Source of the DNA: a virus
Taxonomy: Duplodnaviria > Caudoviricetes
Reading direction: 5' to 3' (one strand)
DNA length: 26,235 bases
IMG/VR virus record: IMGVR_UViG_3300030492_000018
Coordinates: 1 to 26,235 of that record
Shown here: piece after piece, positions 25,618 to 26,235 of the stretch
How the letters are laid out: each line of letters opens with the position of its first letter
How positions within the stretch are numbered: the first letter of the stretch is position 1
Program-made: the position numbers and the translations under genes
Notes under the pieces: generated by a model
What the model saw: the letters and a program-made list of their open reading frames with translations, nothing else
Databases searched by the model: none
What the model was told of the DNA's origin: nothing

Positions 25618-25684
25618 TCTCAGGAAAATCTCAGCATGTACGTGCCCTGTAGGGCTTGACATGTGCACACCTAGGGCATAGACT
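25618..25684 (+). promoter_or_regulatory. sigmaA promoter with upstream TCTCAG-N5-TCTCAG direct repeat
   Basis: Box 25618-25634; TTGACA 25656-25661, N17, TAGACT 25679-25684. Confidence 0.75.
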
Positions 25685-25712
25685 AAGACTAGTCAAGCAG
25701 TTAGGGAAGATC

Positions 25713-25973
25713 ATGCAGCGTATCGATGTCAAGGCAGGCGACCAGAGGATGATGGTTGCGGCAGACTATGCACTCATGGTAGAGGATGTGCTGTACAGGG
25801 TGCGTCTGTGGCGTACTGCTCCTGACACGGATGCGCGTGTGTCCTTCTACACCAATGGTATGTGCACAGCATCCCCCATTGATGTACATGCATGGTACTT
25901 GCGTCCTACTGTCAATGGACTGCCCTTCTACAACATGCCCTATGCGGCATGGGATGCACTGTTGGAGATGTGA
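25713..25973 (+). CDS. hypothetical protein (putative early gene)
   Basis: Start reassigned to ATG 25713 (MQRIDVKAG) after AGGGAAG; the track's TTG start is the -35 box; 86 aa. Confidence 0.7.
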   Translation: MQRIDVKAGDQRMMVAADYALMVEDVLYRVRLWRTAPDTDARVSFYTNGMCTASPIDVHAWYLRPTVNGLPFYNMPYAAWDALLEM

Positions 25974-26104
25974 TCATGCATATCCACATCGTATGCACTA
26001 ACTGCGGTAGGTTTGAGGATATCGCCTCCCCTGTGCGTAGCTTCTACAGTGAAACAATCACACTGTACAGGTACTGCCTAGTATGTGCAGATAAGCACAA
26101 GTAG
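25970..26104 (+). CDS. small zinc-ribbon protein (CxxC...CxxC)
   Basis: CTNC...CLVC; GTGA overlap, or ATG 25976 after GGAG. Confidence 0.6.
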   Translation: MIMHIHIVCTNCGRFEDIASPVRSFYSETITLYRYCLVCADKHK

Positions 26105-26110
26105 TACATA

Positions 26111-26140
26111 GTAAGGGACTTGACACATCCCTTGCTTTGT
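26111..26140 (+). terminator. terminator hairpin closing the cassette
   Basis: GTAAGGGA-9 nt loop-TCCCTTGC-TTTGT. Confidence 0.6.
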
Positions 26141-26151
26141 GCCGGGCAAAT

Positions 26152-26217
26152 TCTCAGGAAACTATCAGCTTATATCTACGTAACTAGCTTGACATACACG
26201 GGGTATGGGAGTAGAGT
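26152..26217 (+). promoter_or_regulatory. sigmaA promoter with upstream TCTCAG-N5-TATCAG; leaderless ATG at 26224
   Basis: Box 26152-26168; TTGACA 26189-26194, N17, TAGAGT 26212-26217; 6 nt then ATG TTC AAC ATG running off the edge. Confidence 0.75.
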
Positions 26218-26235
26218 AACAGTATGTTCAACATG

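Noticed and set aside
25303-25655. tRNA gene in the long intergenic region
   Set aside because: No T-loop (GTTCRA) or cloverleaf found on either strand by eye.
26120-26125. TTGACA in the terminator loop as another promoter
   Set aside because: No -10 hexamer at 16-18 bp spacing.
25590-26200. Repeats as a mini CRISPR array
   Set aside because: Only two short copies of each repeat, irregular spacing, genes between them, and they are tied to promoters.
1-26235. Stop-codon reassignment, introns or inteins in nrdJ, thyX or portal
   Set aside because: Genes are intact at expected lengths in the standard code, with no splicing motifs or interruptions.

Overview
The window is part of a large, probably lytic tailed phage genome, most likely infecting an actinobacterium. 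Host clues are a DUF732-like lipoprotein, a tail-less SsbB-like SSB, many leaderless TANNNT promoters and an Amidase_2 endolysin. Positions 1-22808 are a minus-strand virion/lysis block. In transcription order it holds a small ORF, a repeat-rich tail fibre, endolysin, holin, an FN3 protein, ssb, four fibre/baseplate-type genes, a class II ribonucleotide reductase, two LamG-like genes, a conserved pre-portal ORF, portal, prohead protease with a nested scaffold, major capsid and head-tail genes. Positions 22882-26235 are a plus-strand block: HNH endonuclease, thyX, small ORFs, a lipoprotein, a ~350 bp non-coding junction and promoter-driven small-gene cassettes. Four things stand out. (1) The endolysin is fused to an apparently intact EEP phosphoesterase domain. 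(2) TCTCAG-N5-TCTCAG (MprA/OmpR-type) boxes sit at the same position upstream of two sigmaA-type promoters. (3) An extended -10, leaderless promoter architecture recurs across the window, including one promoter hidden inside the protease gene. (4) A tandem pair of small ORFs resembles Sm/Lsm proteins. All assignments are from motif recognition by eye; no searches were run.
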